A DNA stretch of 51,570 nt from Candidatus Paceibacter sp. GTDB taxonomy: Bacteria; Patescibacteriota; Minisyncoccia; UBA6257; 02-FULL-45-10c. This document shows, in pieces, positions 16,460-25,982 of this stretch. Position 1 is the first letter of the stretch, and each line of letters starts with the position of its first letter. Under the pieces are notes generated by a model, which worked only from the letters and a program-made list of their open reading frames with translations, did not search any database and was not told the origin of the DNA. The DNA is taken from the NCBI GenBank assembly GCA_020724845.1, contig DYGE01000006.1, positions 1-51,570 of the forward strand. The letters run 5' to 3'. A program made the translations under genes and the position numbers.

Positions 16460-18987
16460 ACAATCAGACGAATCTTTATTTTTACGACGCCCGTCTTCAA
16501 ATGACTCATTTGGGCAGGTTGTTTGTCCGCATAGTTTTTTACTCGGCTTACGGCATATTAATAGCCGCTACAGCTGCTTTTTTGATATCGGATATTCCTT
16601 GGGTTTTTTGGTCCGGCATTTTGCTGTTGATTTTGCTGTTAGATCGCGTCAAGCATTTTGGCCAAGCTGAACGGTCATTGAGAAAGAGGAGGGTTTCTGG
16701 GGATATAAATTTAGGCAGATTCATCACTCCGGGCACTTTTAATATATTAGAATACGCCTTCGAAAGGGCCCTGGTTACCGGAGGCAACTTTTATCTCTTT
16801 ATTCTTAAAAAAGTTGCGGAAAGAAAGGACATTAAGGAGGGGCTCTTCCGAATGGACCTGAACCCGGCTGATGTCAGCAATAAGATAGAAGAAGAACTTC
16901 AAGAAAGCTTGGAGAAGAAAGAGTATTCCGGCGCCAAATTGGAACGTAAAAAAAGATTGCTGCGGGAAATTGAAAAGATATTAAAGATAGCATTTGAGCA
17001 GGCGATTGAGGCGGACGGCCGGTTTGTTGAGCCAAAAGATATTTTTGCGGCCTTAAGTTATTGCGAGAGCAGCGCGGTACTAAGGATACTTAAATTTTTT
17101 AATATTGATCCGGGAGATTTAGAAAACGCGCTAATCTTCAGCCGGTACCACAAAAAGTTTGGCTGGCTGCGAAAATTGCCCGCTACTCTCGGGGGGTTCG
17201 TCTATAAGCCATATAAAGTTCGTCACCGAATAATGAATCGCGCTTGGAGCGCCAGGCCAACGCCAACCCTCGATCAATTCAGCGAGGATTTGACTGATTA
17301 CGCGCGTTCGGAAAAAATAGGATTTTTAATCGGTCATGAGCTGGAATATGACCGCTTGGAGGATATTGTGTCTAGGCCTACAAAGCCGAACGTGCTTTTG
17401 ATTGGAGACCCCGGTTCCGGCAAAGAAACCTTGGTTCATCATTTGGCATATAAGATTACCAAAGACGAAGTTCCGGCGGAGCTTTTTGACAAAAGATTAG
17501 TCATGTTAAGGGTCGGAAGTCTGGTGGCTGGAATAAAAGAAGAGGGCGAGCTGCAGGCAAGGATTACAAAAATAATCGAAGAAATAATCCAGGCCGGAAA
17601 TATTATTTTATATATACCCGACGTTCACAATTTAATAAGAAGTTCTGGGCGTATTGGCATTAACGCGGCCGACGTTTTTCTTCCTGCTTTTAATTCCAGT
17701 GCTTTCTCTGTGATAGGCGCGACTCATTTTAAAGAATTTAAACAGACCATTGAGCCGCAAGTTGATTTTGCCAAGGCCTTTGAAGCGGTTCCGGTTCAGG
17801 AAATTTCAATTCCGGAAGCCATTCAACTTTTGGTATATGACAGTATTATTTTGGAGAGGCAATTCAAAGTCAAAATAACGTTTGGCGCGGTTAAGCAGTC
17901 AGTTACCCTGGCTTCCAAATATTTCCGCGACAAGTTGTTGCCGTCCGGCGCTGAAGATCTGCTGAAAGAGGCATTGTCTGACGCAAAAGACAAGGGTGAT
18001 AAGGTATTGAGCGCCGATGACGTGATCGATATTGCCCAAAGAAGGGTAAACATTCCGCTTCGGCAGGCGAGAGACGCGGAAGCTAAGAAATTGTTAAATT
18101 TGGAGAGCTTAATTCACCAGCGCTTGGTAGATCAGGAAGAGGCCGTCAAGGCCGTTTCACGGTCTTTGCGGGAATACCGCAGCGGGCTTTCCAGAAAAGG
18201 CGGTCCGATTGCCAGTTTTCTTTTTGTCGGTCCAACTGGCGTGGGAAAAACGGAGCTCTCAAAGATACTTTCTCAAATCCAGTTCGGATCCAAGGATGCC
18301 ATGATCCGTTTTGACATGTCCGAGTACCAGGACAAGCAGAGCATCTTTAGATTTATCGGCTCTCCGGATGGAAATATGCGCGGGAATCTTACTGAAGCAG
18401 TTCTTCAAAAACCCTATAGCTTGATCTTATTGGATGAGTTTGAAAAGGCGCATCCTGATATCCTAAATTTATTTTTGCAGGTTTTTGATGATGGCCGCCT
18501 TACCGACAATTTTGGCAAGGTGGTTGATTTCCAGAATACTATTATTATAGCCACCAGCAATGCCCACTCTAATTTTATAAAATCAGAAATTGAGTCCGGC
18601 AAATCCATGGCTGAAGTGGCGGAGGATCTTAAGAAAAAGTTGACGGAATATTTCCGCCCGGAATTGATTAACCGCTTCTCCGATATTATCGTTTTCAAAG
18701 GTTTATCAAAAACAGACATTATTGCCATAGCCGGAATTTTACTTGAAGATTTAAGGCAGGGCGTTCAGAAAGATCAGGGCATAGATTTGCGCTTTTCTGA
18801 AGAAGCGATTCGGCAGATCGCGGAATGGGGATTTGATCCGGTATTTGGGGCCAGGCCGCTGCGGGGTGTTATTTCCGAAAGGGTGAGAAGCGTGCTGGCA
18901 GAAAAGATATTAAAGAATGAAATTGATCGCGGCCAGGCAATTTCAATAAGCCTGAAGGATGGCCAGTTGGATTTCAGTTCCAAATAG
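16456..18987 (+). CDS. ClpA/B/C-family AAA+ ATPase with N-terminal transmembrane helices
   Basis: TPTLDQFSEDLT; NBD2 GPTGVGKTE, RFDMSEY, LLDEFEKAHPD, FRPELINR, GARPLR. ATG at 16456 chosen as start. Confidence 0.9.
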   Translation: MNNQTNLYFYDARLQMTHLGRLFVRIVFYSAYGILIAATAAFLISDIPWVFWSGILLLILLLDRVKHFGQAERSLRKRRVSGDINLGRFITPGTFNILEYAFERALVTGGNFYLFILKKVAERKDIKEGLFRMDLNPADVSNKIEEELQESLEKKEYSGAKLERKKRLLREIEKILKIAFEQAIEADGRFVEPKDIFAALSYCESSAVLRILKFFNIDPGDLENALIFSRYHKKFGWLRKLPATLGGFVYKPYKVRHRIMNRAWSARPTPTLDQFSEDLTDYARSEKIGFLIGHELEYDRLEDIVSRPTKPNVLLIGDPGSGKETLVHHLAYKITKDEVPAELFDKRLVMLRVGSLVAGIKEEGELQARITKIIEEIIQAGNIILYIPDVHNLIRSSGRIGINAADVFLPAFNSSAFSVIGATHFKEFKQTIEPQVDFAKAFEAVPVQEISIPEAIQLLVYDSIILERQFKVKITFGAVKQSVTLASKYFRDKLLPSGAEDLLKEALSDAKDKGDKVLSADDVIDIAQRRVNIPLRQARDAEAKKLLNLESLIHQRLVDQEEAVKAVSRSLREYRSGLSRKGGPIASFLFVGPTGVGKTELSKILSQIQFGSKDAMIRFDMSEYQDKQSIFRFIGSPDGNMRGNLTEAVLQKPYSLILLDEFEKAHPDILNLFLQVFDDGRLTDNFGKVVDFQNTIIIATSNAHSNFIKSEIESGKSMAEVAEDLKKKLTEYFRPELINRFSDIIVFKGLSKTDIIAIAGILLEDLRQGVQKDQGIDLRFSEEAIRQIAEWGFDPVFGARPLRGVISERVRSVLAEKILKNEIDRGQAISISLKDGQLDFSSK

Positions 18988-18992
18988 AACTC

Positions 18993-19661
18993 ATGGTTAA
19001 TATTGATTTTTCTAATTTAAGGCTTCCTAACGTCAGCAGGTTTATTAAGTTATTTATGTTGGCTGATCTTCTTTTACTAGCTGGCTGGGGACTTGTAAAT
19101 CCGGTGTTCTCAATTTTTGTGATCCAGCAGATTAGTGGAGCTACTCTTGTTACGGTCGGGGCTTTGTCCGCGATATATTTTATACCGAAAGCGATTTTGC
19201 AGATACCCATATCCCTTTTTTTAGATAGCACGAAGGGGGAAAAAGACGATTTCTATTCTATGATCATCGGATTAATGATTATTTCCATTTCGGTTTTCAG
19301 TCTTATGATTGCCAAGGAGGTGTGGCATGTGTACTTGATAGAGCTGACTAAGGCGGTCGGGTTTGCTTTTTATGTGCCGCCGTGGAACGCCATTTTTTCC
19401 AGGCATTTGGACAAGGATCATGCCGTCTTCGACTGGGCGCTGCACAGCAGTGTCGCCGGGGGGAGTATGGGAATTGCCGGATTTTTAGGCGGAGTTATAG
19501 CTAAGGCCGCCGGATTTAACCTACTTTTTCTCGTTGTCGGCTTAATGTCTCTACTTTCTGCCGGGGTGGTGCTTTTTGCTCCTGATGTAATTTTGCCTAG
19601 GAAAACTAGTTCTGAAGTTAAGCATGTTCCGTTGATTGTCAACGAAAACAAGCGGATTTGA
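18993..19661 (+). CDS. Half-size MFS-type membrane protein (about 6 TM)
   Basis: Six hydrophobic segments with MFS-like loop (SLFLDSTKGEKD); 222 aa. Confidence 0.7.
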   Translation: MVNIDFSNLRLPNVSRFIKLFMLADLLLLAGWGLVNPVFSIFVIQQISGATLVTVGALSAIYFIPKAILQIPISLFLDSTKGEKDDFYSMIIGLMIISISVFSLMIAKEVWHVYLIELTKAVGFAFYVPPWNAIFSRHLDKDHAVFDWALHSSVAGGSMGIAGFLGGVIAKAAGFNLLFLVVGLMSLLSAGVVLFAPDVILPRKTSSEVKHVPLIVNENKRI

Positions 19662-19710
19662 AATTCTTTCCCCAAAAATAACCCCCAGCTGAATAAGCCG
19701 GGGGCTTTAA

Positions 19711-20349
19711 TTACGGTAGGGGCAGGTATTTTCTGATATCAATATCTATCCTCGGCACTCCGATGAACTCCCCCATAATTTGCAGGAAGGCGCTTTGTCG
19801 TTCGTGGTTTTTAATCGGTTTTCCATTATTATCGACTCCGGCTACCCTATCCAATCCGCTTTCCGCGTCCTTTTTGAAGATAATAGTTAAAGAGATACTT
19901 CTGCCTTTCGCATAAGTGTCTTTGTGGTTGACATAGGTAAAGGTGCGATCGGTGCGAACTTTTATGTCTTTTGCGCGGCACCGTATGGCGGAATAGGGTT
20001 TTCTAACCCGAATAGCTTCCTCCATGCTGGCATGCTTGACTTGCGCGCTACCGAGCACCATTTGTGAGGTTTCCAGCCACCCAATGCTTTCACAGGGTTG
20101 CTTTTCTAGTCCGGGATCAAAGCCCAATTCTTTCACTTGATTCTTGGTCAGTCCGTCTGTTACTTTTGAGGCCGCAAGCAGAAACTGGGAAATATCATTC
20201 CCGAAATTTCCTTGCACCTCAACGATTTTCTGGTCTCTTTTGAAAATTGGCGTTCGGCCCCATTGTTTTTCTGTCGGATACCTCGGCGGGGAGGCGCAGG
20301 CTGTTAGCAGTGAAATTGAGGCGAAAAAGAGCAGGGATTTTCTCATCAC
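19711..20349 (-). CDS. Putative lipoprotein
   Basis: Basic N-terminus, hydrophobic core and lipobox LTAC. Confidence 0.7.
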   Translation of the reverse strand: MMRKSLLFFASISLLTACASPPRYPTEKQWGRTPIFKRDQKIVEVQGNFGNDISQFLLAASKVTDGLTKNQVKELGFDPGLEKQPCESIGWLETSQMVLGSAQVKHASMEEAIRVRKPYSAIRCRAKDIKVRTDRTFTYVNHKDTYAKGRSISLTIIFKKDAESGLDRVAGVDNNGKPIKNHERQSAFLQIMGEFIGVPRIDIDIRKYLPLP

Positions 20350-20467
20350 GCGCTTTTTCGTTAATCAAGGTTCGTTGCGTAGATATTAGCACACATCCGC
20401 GTTGCTTACAATATGCGGTTTTCGGCGCAAAGAAATGATTTTTAATGCGTTGTATAATTAAATAAAC

Positions 20468-22219
20468 ATGGATAATAAAGAAATCGCCAAAATCTTAAAT
20501 GAGATAGGCATTTATCTGGAAATGGACGGGATTTCTTTTAAGCCCAGGGCGTATGAGAAGGCGGCCGAAGCTATTTTTTCTCTGGATGAAGATTTAAAAG
20601 AAATTTATCGCAAAGGAGGATTAAAGGCGCTGGAAGAAATTCCTGGCGTTGGAGTTTCTATTGCGGAAAAAATAGAGGAGCTTCTGAAAACCGGCAAGTC
20701 AAAATATCACCAGCGGCTAAAAAAGAAAATGCCTGTTCAGGTTGCCGAGTTGACCGCCATAGAAGGGGTTGGACCGAAGCATGTTAAGGCCCTCTATAAA
20801 AAATTAAAAATTAAAAATCTGAAAGACCTGGAAAAAGCCGCTAAAGCGGAGAAGATCAGAAAGCTGCCTGGATTTGGGACTAAGAGCGAAGAAAACATCC
20901 TTAAGGGAATAGAATTTCTAAAGAAATCCGGGAATCGCTTTGTGCTTGGGTTTGTTATGCCGCGGATCAGGGAAATAGAATCCCGCCTTAAAAGATTAAA
21001 AGAAGTTAAAAAATTAGTAATCGCGGGATCAGTGCGTCGCAGAAAAGAAACGATAGGCGATGTGGATATTTTAGTTGTTGCTAAAAATTCCAGGAAGTCC
21101 TCCTTCGCTAAAGCTACGGCGGATGAAATTAGAATTTCAGATTATTTTGTGGCAATGCCGGAAGTGGCGCATGTCTACGCGCATGGCGATACCAAATCAG
21201 CTGTAAAGTTACGAAATGGGTTAGACGTTGACGTGCGAGTGGTTCCTGAAGAATCATATGGCGCGGCATTAAATTATTTCACAGGATCGAAAGATCATAA
21301 TATTGAGCTAAGAAAAATTGCCATTGAAAATGGATGGAAGCTTAGCGAATACGGGTTATTTAAGGGCAAAAAACAAGTTGCCGGGAGGACTGAAGAGGGT
21401 TTATATAAAAAACTCGGGTTGCGTTATATAGAGCCGGAATTAAGGGAAATGGCCGGAGAGATTGAAGCGTCGCGGGCTGGTAAATTGCCAGATTTGATTG
21501 GCTACGGTGACTTGAGGGGCGATTTGCAGGTACAGACCAATTGGACCGACGGCGCCGATTCCATAGAAGATATGACTAAGGAGGCAATTGCGCTCGGGCT
21601 TGAATATATTGCCATCACCGACCACACCAAGCGCTTGGCAATGACCGGGGGGCTGGATGGAAAGAAAATCAAAAAGCAGTGGCTGGAAATAGACAGATTA
21701 AATAAAAGATACAAAGGGAAAATTAAAATTTTAAAAGGAACGGAGTGCGACGTATTGAAAGACGGCTCTATGGATTTACCGAACGAAATTTTGGCAAAAT
21801 GTGATGTTGTGGGCGCGTCAGTTCATTCTCTCTTTAATCTGTCAAAAAAAGATCAAACGGAACGCATAAAGCGGGCGATGAACAATCCGCACGTGGATAT
21901 CATTTTTCACCCTACCGGAAGGGTAATTAATAAGCGGGATGCCTACCAGGTTGATATGGACGAGCTAATAAGTCATTCCAGGAAAACTAAAACAGTCATG
22001 GAGATTAACGCATATCCTGACCGTTTAGATTTGAAAGATGAGCATATCAGAAAATGTGTTGAGGCGGGGGTTAAGATGTCTATTGATTCCGACGCTCACA
22101 CGACAAGTCATATGAGGTTCTTAGAGTATGGAATTGCTCAAGCAAGAAGGGGGTGGTCAGAAAAGAAAGATATTATTAATGCATGGCCATTGGAGAAGAT
22201 GTTGAAAATGTTGAAATAA
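20468..22219 (+). CDS. polX: DNA polymerase X / PHP-domain 3'-5' exonuclease
   Basis: HhH motifs, AGSVRRRKETIGDVD, YFTGSKDHN; PHP motifs WTDG, ITDHT, HPTGR, EINA...RLDL, SDAH. Confidence 0.95.
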   Translation: MDNKEIAKILNEIGIYLEMDGISFKPRAYEKAAEAIFSLDEDLKEIYRKGGLKALEEIPGVGVSIAEKIEELLKTGKSKYHQRLKKKMPVQVAELTAIEGVGPKHVKALYKKLKIKNLKDLEKAAKAEKIRKLPGFGTKSEENILKGIEFLKKSGNRFVLGFVMPRIREIESRLKRLKEVKKLVIAGSVRRRKETIGDVDILVVAKNSRKSSFAKATADEIRISDYFVAMPEVAHVYAHGDTKSAVKLRNGLDVDVRVVPEESYGAALNYFTGSKDHNIELRKIAIENGWKLSEYGLFKGKKQVAGRTEEGLYKKLGLRYIEPELREMAGEIEASRAGKLPDLIGYGDLRGDLQVQTNWTDGADSIEDMTKEAIALGLEYIAITDHTKRLAMTGGLDGKKIKKQWLEIDRLNKRYKGKIKILKGTECDVLKDGSMDLPNEILAKCDVVGASVHSLFNLSKKDQTERIKRAMNNPHVDIIFHPTGRVINKRDAYQVDMDELISHSRKTKTVMEINAYPDRLDLKDEHIRKCVEAGVKMSIDSDAHTTSHMRFLEYGIAQARRGWSEKKDIINAWPLEKMLKMLK

Positions 22220-22260
22220 CAGAGTTATACTAAAAGAGCTGGGTATTGCCCATTACTTTT

Positions 22261-22743
22261 ATGCCCCGAGAAATATCGGCTGGGATAATTATATATAAGC
22301 GAATGAAGGATAGGGATGGCCGGATAGATACTAAATATCTGTTACTTTATCATGGTAGGGGATATTGGAATTTCCCAAAAGGCAAGATAGAGAAGGATGA
22401 GCGCAGCCATCAAACCGCCCTTCGGGAAGTTGCCGAGGAAACCGGAATACCATCCAGATTTTTGCGCTTGGAGAAGAACTTCAAGATGACAGATAAATAT
22501 GTTTTTCAGTTTGAGGGCAAAAAGGTATTTAAAATAGTTATTTTTTTCTTGGCGCAATCTCACAGATCGCAAGTGCGATTGTCTTATGAGCATGAAGGTT
22601 ACGGATGGTTCCTGTATCGCGACGCAATGAGGTTGTTAAAGCATAAAAACAGCAAAGAAATTCTTAAAAAAGCCAATGAACATTTACAGCGGAAGCTTCA
22701 GCAAAAGGGTCCTCAAGGTGGTCCGGAGAATACCCAGGGGTAA
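22261..22743 (+). CDS. NUDIX hydrolase (Ap4A hydrolase-like)
   Basis: Nudix box PKGKIE.......ALREVAEETG; ISAG and LSYEH..Y.W. Confidence 0.9.
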   Translation: MPREISAGIIIYKRMKDRDGRIDTKYLLLYHGRGYWNFPKGKIEKDERSHQTALREVAEETGIPSRFLRLEKNFKMTDKYVFQFEGKKVFKIVIFFLAQSHRSQVRLSYEHEGYGWFLYRDAMRLLKHKNSKEILKKANEHLQRKLQQKGPQGGPENTQG

Positions 22744-22942
22744 AGTCCTAACATATCAGCAAGTGGCGAGATTGTCTGGAAGCCCTAGGGCTTATAGGGC
22801 CGTCGGAAACATCTTAAACAAAAACCGAGATTTCCAAAATATTCCTTGCCACAGAGTTATCCGCAGTGACGGCAAAATTGGCGGCTATAACAAGGGAACG
22901 GAGAAAAAATCCGCTCTTCTTGAAAAAGAAGGGGCCAAATAA
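22676..22942 (+). CDS. O6-alkylguanine-DNA alkyltransferase domain protein (MGMT family)
   Basis: IPRGKVLTY, RAVG, active-site PCHRV, GGY. Confidence 0.9.
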   Translation: MNIYSGSFSKRVLKVVRRIPRGKVLTYQQVARLSGSPRAYRAVGNILNKNRDFQNIPCHRVIRSDGKIGGYNKGTEKKSALLEKEGAK

Positions 22943-22965
22943 AAAATAGCCCGTGAGGGCTATTT

Positions 22966-23310
22966 TTACTTGATGGCCGCCAACACCTTTTCAAAAACTT
23001 TTGGTTCATTTCTGGCGAGATCGGCCAATGTCTTCCTGTCTAATTTAACATTAGATTTTTTTAGTTTGTTGACTAATTCGCTGTATTTTAACCCGTTAGC
23101 TCTGGCAGCGGCGTTGACTTGAACATTCCAAAGCGCGCGATAATCCCGTTTCTTTTGCTTTCTTCCCTGAAAGGCGTGGGACCAGGCATGCAGAAGGGCT
23201 TCTTTAGCGGCTCTTTCTTTTGACTTTCTGCCCCAGCGGAATCCCTTGGTATATTTCAGTATCTTTTTTCTTTTTTTATTGGCAATTGTGCCTCTTTTGA
23301 CTCTAGACAT
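22966..23310 (-). CDS. rplT: 50S ribosomal protein L20
   Basis: MSRVKRG...KKRDYRALW...LDRKTLADLA; true start is the ATG at 23310. Confidence 0.97.
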   Translation of the reverse strand: MSRVKRGTIANKKRKKILKYTKGFRWGRKSKERAAKEALLHAWSHAFQGRKQKKRDYRALWNVQVNAAARANGLKYSELVNKLKKSNVKLDRKTLADLARNEPKVFEKVLAAIK

Positions 23311-23476
23311 ATTTTTTGAATACTTTAGCATCCGCCGACTTCAAAGACGTTCGCTTTCTTTTATTGCGAGTCTGTTTGCCGGATCGCTTTGCGCGGAAGT
23401 GGTCTTGTGCCATCTTCCGACGGATTAACTTCCCTTTTCTGGTGACCTTGAATCTTTTTTTGAAACTTTTTTTCAT
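23303..23476 (-). CDS. rpmI: 50S ribosomal protein L35 (57 aa, missing from the ORF track)
   Basis: Manual translation MKKSFKKRFKVTRKGKLIRRKMAQDHFRAKRSGKQTRNKRK...; lies between infC and rplT. Confidence 0.92.
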   Translation of the reverse strand: MKKSFKKRFKVTRKGKLIRRKMAQDHFRAKRSGKQTRNKRKRTSLKSADAKVFKKYV

Positions 23477-23496
23477 GGATATATGGATATTTTTAT

Positions 23497-23994
23497 TTAT
23501 TTTTTTGCTATTTGCACATTGAACCCCCTGCCGCCATACTTTGGCTCCAGGAGAACCTTATGATTTTGATCTATAATCTTCAAAAAGTCCAGTAATTTTT
23601 GTTTTGCCCAATCTTTATTGGCCTTTTCCCTGCCTCGCATAATTAGCTGAATTTCAACTGGGTTTCCATCTTCTAAAAACTCGTTAACTTTTTTCGCCTT
23701 GACCGCCAAATCATGTTCGGCAGCCCTGGCGCTGATTCGCACCTGTTTCAGCTCTTGAGTTTTCTGTTGAGCCTTTTGTTTTTTAAGCTTTTTTTCCTCC
23801 TGATACCGGTATTTATCAAAGCTCATTATCTTTGCCACCGGCGGATTGGCGTTGGGGGAAATTTCTATCAAATCCAGGCCCCGCTCTTTTGCCCTCTGAA
23901 GCGCGGCCTGTAGTGATAAAAGGCCGAGGTTTTCTCCGGCTTCATCAATGACCCTTAATTCTTGGGCGGTTATTTTTTCGTTAATTCTAGCCAA
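23497..23994 (-). CDS. infC: Translation initiation factor IF-3
   Basis: INEKI....RVID..G.NLG, LDLIEISPNANPPVAKIM, GRE; TTG start. Confidence 0.96.
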   Translation of the reverse strand: MARINEKITAQELRVIDEAGENLGLLSLQAALQRAKERGLDLIEISPNANPPVAKIMSFDKYRYQEEKKLKKQKAQQKTQELKQVRISARAAEHDLAVKAKKVNEFLEDGNPVEIQLIMRGREKANKDWAKQKLLDFLKIIDQNHKVLLEPKYGGRGFNVQIAKK

Positions 23995-24015
23995 TGTTTT
24001 AGAATCTTATCAGAT

Positions 24016-24900
24016 TTATAGATTATTTGCAATAAGGTCGTCTATTTCAATTGCCGCAAACTTTTTAGGCAGTTTTTTATGCGAAATGGAGTCGGTTACG
24101 GCTATTTTTTCTATATGTTTGTATTTGTTCAGCTTGTTAATGGCTTGGCTTGGCGCCGCGAGATGGGTGGCGCAAACGTAAATCTTTTTCGCTCCGGCTT
24201 TCTTCAAGTTTTTCGCAGATTCTAGAATGGTGTTTCCTGACTGTATCATGTCATCTACCATGATCACGCTCCTGTTCTTCACTGTTCCGGAAATCTTGAT
24301 GACCTTGGCGATTTCCGGCTTTGGGCGGTATTTTTCAATTTTGATTAAGCTCTTTATTCCAAGTTCTTTCGCGAAATCTTTAGCGCGGCCGATTCCGCCT
24401 CGATCGGGACTGGCCACAGATAAGTTTCCTCGCCGCATTTTTCTAAAAGGCGCGGCAAGCAGCTTCGTGGTTGATAGGTTGGTCAGCGGAATATTGAAGA
24501 AATTTTTTATTCTTTTGCTATGAAGATCGATTGTGATGACTTTTCCAGCGCCGGCAGCTTCTATCAATTTAGCCATTAAGCGGGCATTGATCGGCGTTCC
24601 GGGCTTATATTGATAATCGGACCGGCTGTAGCCGAAATAAGGAATAATCGCGGTTATTTTTTTAGCCCCATTGATTTTGAGGGTATTAATGAGAATCAGA
24701 AGTTCCAGCAAATTCTCCGCTGGCGGAAAGGTTGATCCGATTACCAAGGCGGACTTGCCCTTGACTGATTCTCTTAGGCGCAAAGAAATCTCCTCATCGA
24801 TAAAGCGCGAAATTTCACATTTTCCAAGCCGGATACCTTTCTTGGAGGCTATGGACCTGGCCAGTGTTAGACTAGTGTTTGTGGAAAATAATATTTTCAT
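24016..24900 (-). CDS. prs: Ribose-phosphate pyrophosphokinase
   Basis: IPYFGYSRSD, IDLHS, SPDRGG, VDDMIQSGNT, ATH. Confidence 0.92.
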   Translation of the reverse strand: MKILFSTNTSLTLARSIASKKGIRLGKCEISRFIDEEISLRLRESVKGKSALVIGSTFPPAENLLELLILINTLKINGAKKITAIIPYFGYSRSDYQYKPGTPINARLMAKLIEAAGAGKVITIDLHSKRIKNFFNIPLTNLSTTKLLAAPFRKMRRGNLSVASPDRGGIGRAKDFAKELGIKSLIKIEKYRPKPEIAKVIKISGTVKNRSVIMVDDMIQSGNTILESAKNLKKAGAKKIYVCATHLAAPSQAINKLNKYKHIEKIAVTDSISHKKLPKKFAAIEIDDLIANNL

Positions 24901-25547
24901 TATTTCTTTTCCGGGGATGCTCCTTTCATTAATTCTATCACCTCCTCGTCTGTTGTCTGGGGGAATGATTTATAAAATGCGCCTACTGCTCCGAAAAACG
25001 CGGGCGCGTCTAGGCAGATCACTTTATCGACTCCGGCTTTTATCCTCTCTAAAGAGTCTTTGGCGGAAGTTGGCGCGGCTACTATAATGCCTTCAACCCC
25101 TTTTGATTTTATCGATTGGATCGCCGCTTCCATTGTCGCGCCTGTCGCTATCCCATCGTCAACTAAAATAGCGGTCTTCTTTTCAAGATTTAGCGGCGGG
25201 CGATTCCCGCGATAAAGCTTCAATCTTCGCTCGGCTTCTTTTTTCTCCTTCTCAACTTCTTTTTCAATATATTCTTGGGATATGCGGTAACTGCTAATAG
25301 TTTCTTGATCAAATACGCCTTCGCCGCCTTCGGCTATAGCCCCGATTGCGAATTCTGGGTTTCCCGGCGCGCCAATTTTTCTGGGAACTATAATATCAAG
25401 CGGCAGATTAAGCGCTTTGGCTATTTCGTAAGCCACTACAACGCCTCCGCGCGGCAAGCCGAGAACGATCGCGTTCCGGTTGTTTCGGTATTCAGAAAGT
25501 TCTTCCGCTAATTGCCTGCCGGCGCTTTTTCTATCTTCAAAAACCAT
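24900..25547 (-). CDS. Phosphoribosyltransferase family protein
   Basis: FEDRKSAG..LA, LPRGG, RKIGAP..PE.AIGA, VDDGIATGAT, AVGAFY..F.Q..DEEV. Confidence 0.9.
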   Translation of the reverse strand: MVFEDRKSAGRQLAEELSEYRNNRNAIVLGLPRGGVVVAYEIAKALNLPLDIIVPRKIGAPGNPEFAIGAIAEGGEGVFDQETISSYRISQEYIEKEVEKEKKEAERRLKLYRGNRPPLNLEKKTAILVDDGIATGATMEAAIQSIKSKGVEGIIVAAPTSAKDSLERIKAGVDKVICLDAPAFFGAVGAFYKSFPQTTDEEVIELMKGASPEKK

Positions 25548-25602
25548 TATCTTAAGTATAATAAAAATTCGAAAAGCGGCTAAATAGCCGCTTTTCTTTA
25601 TC

Positions 25603-25982
25603 GGTGGAGATGGTGGAAATTGAATCCACGTCCGAAAATTTTCTTAATTAACTTCTACAAGCGTAGTGAGATTTAATTTTGGAATGTGCGTTTAAAATCT
25701 CACAAAGTGCGCGCATTCCTTTCCGGAATTATCAGGCATTGTTACCGGAGTCACAATGCTATGGCTCGCTAATGTAACACCTGAATCCCTCCAGCGAGCA
25801 TCAAAGGTTCAGATGCCTCGAATTATATTCGAGGAAATCGGTTACGCAGTTGCAAGAGCGAATCTTGGCATGCTCAACCTATTTGATAAGTTTGCACTTA
25901 TATATTTGAATCAGTTTTACGAGTTAACTCAGCTCGGCTTGCGGCTAACTAAGGCGAATCTTCGTCGAAGCCTGTCATCCCC
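25603..25982 (-). ncRNA. ssrA: tmRNA
   Basis: 5' GGGGATGACAGGCTTCGAC; 3' GACGTGGATTCAATTTCCACCATCTCCACC with G3:U acceptor pair. Tag reading frame 25895-25842 encodes ANLSNRLSMPRFALATA*. Adjacent to smpB. Confidence 0.95.
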
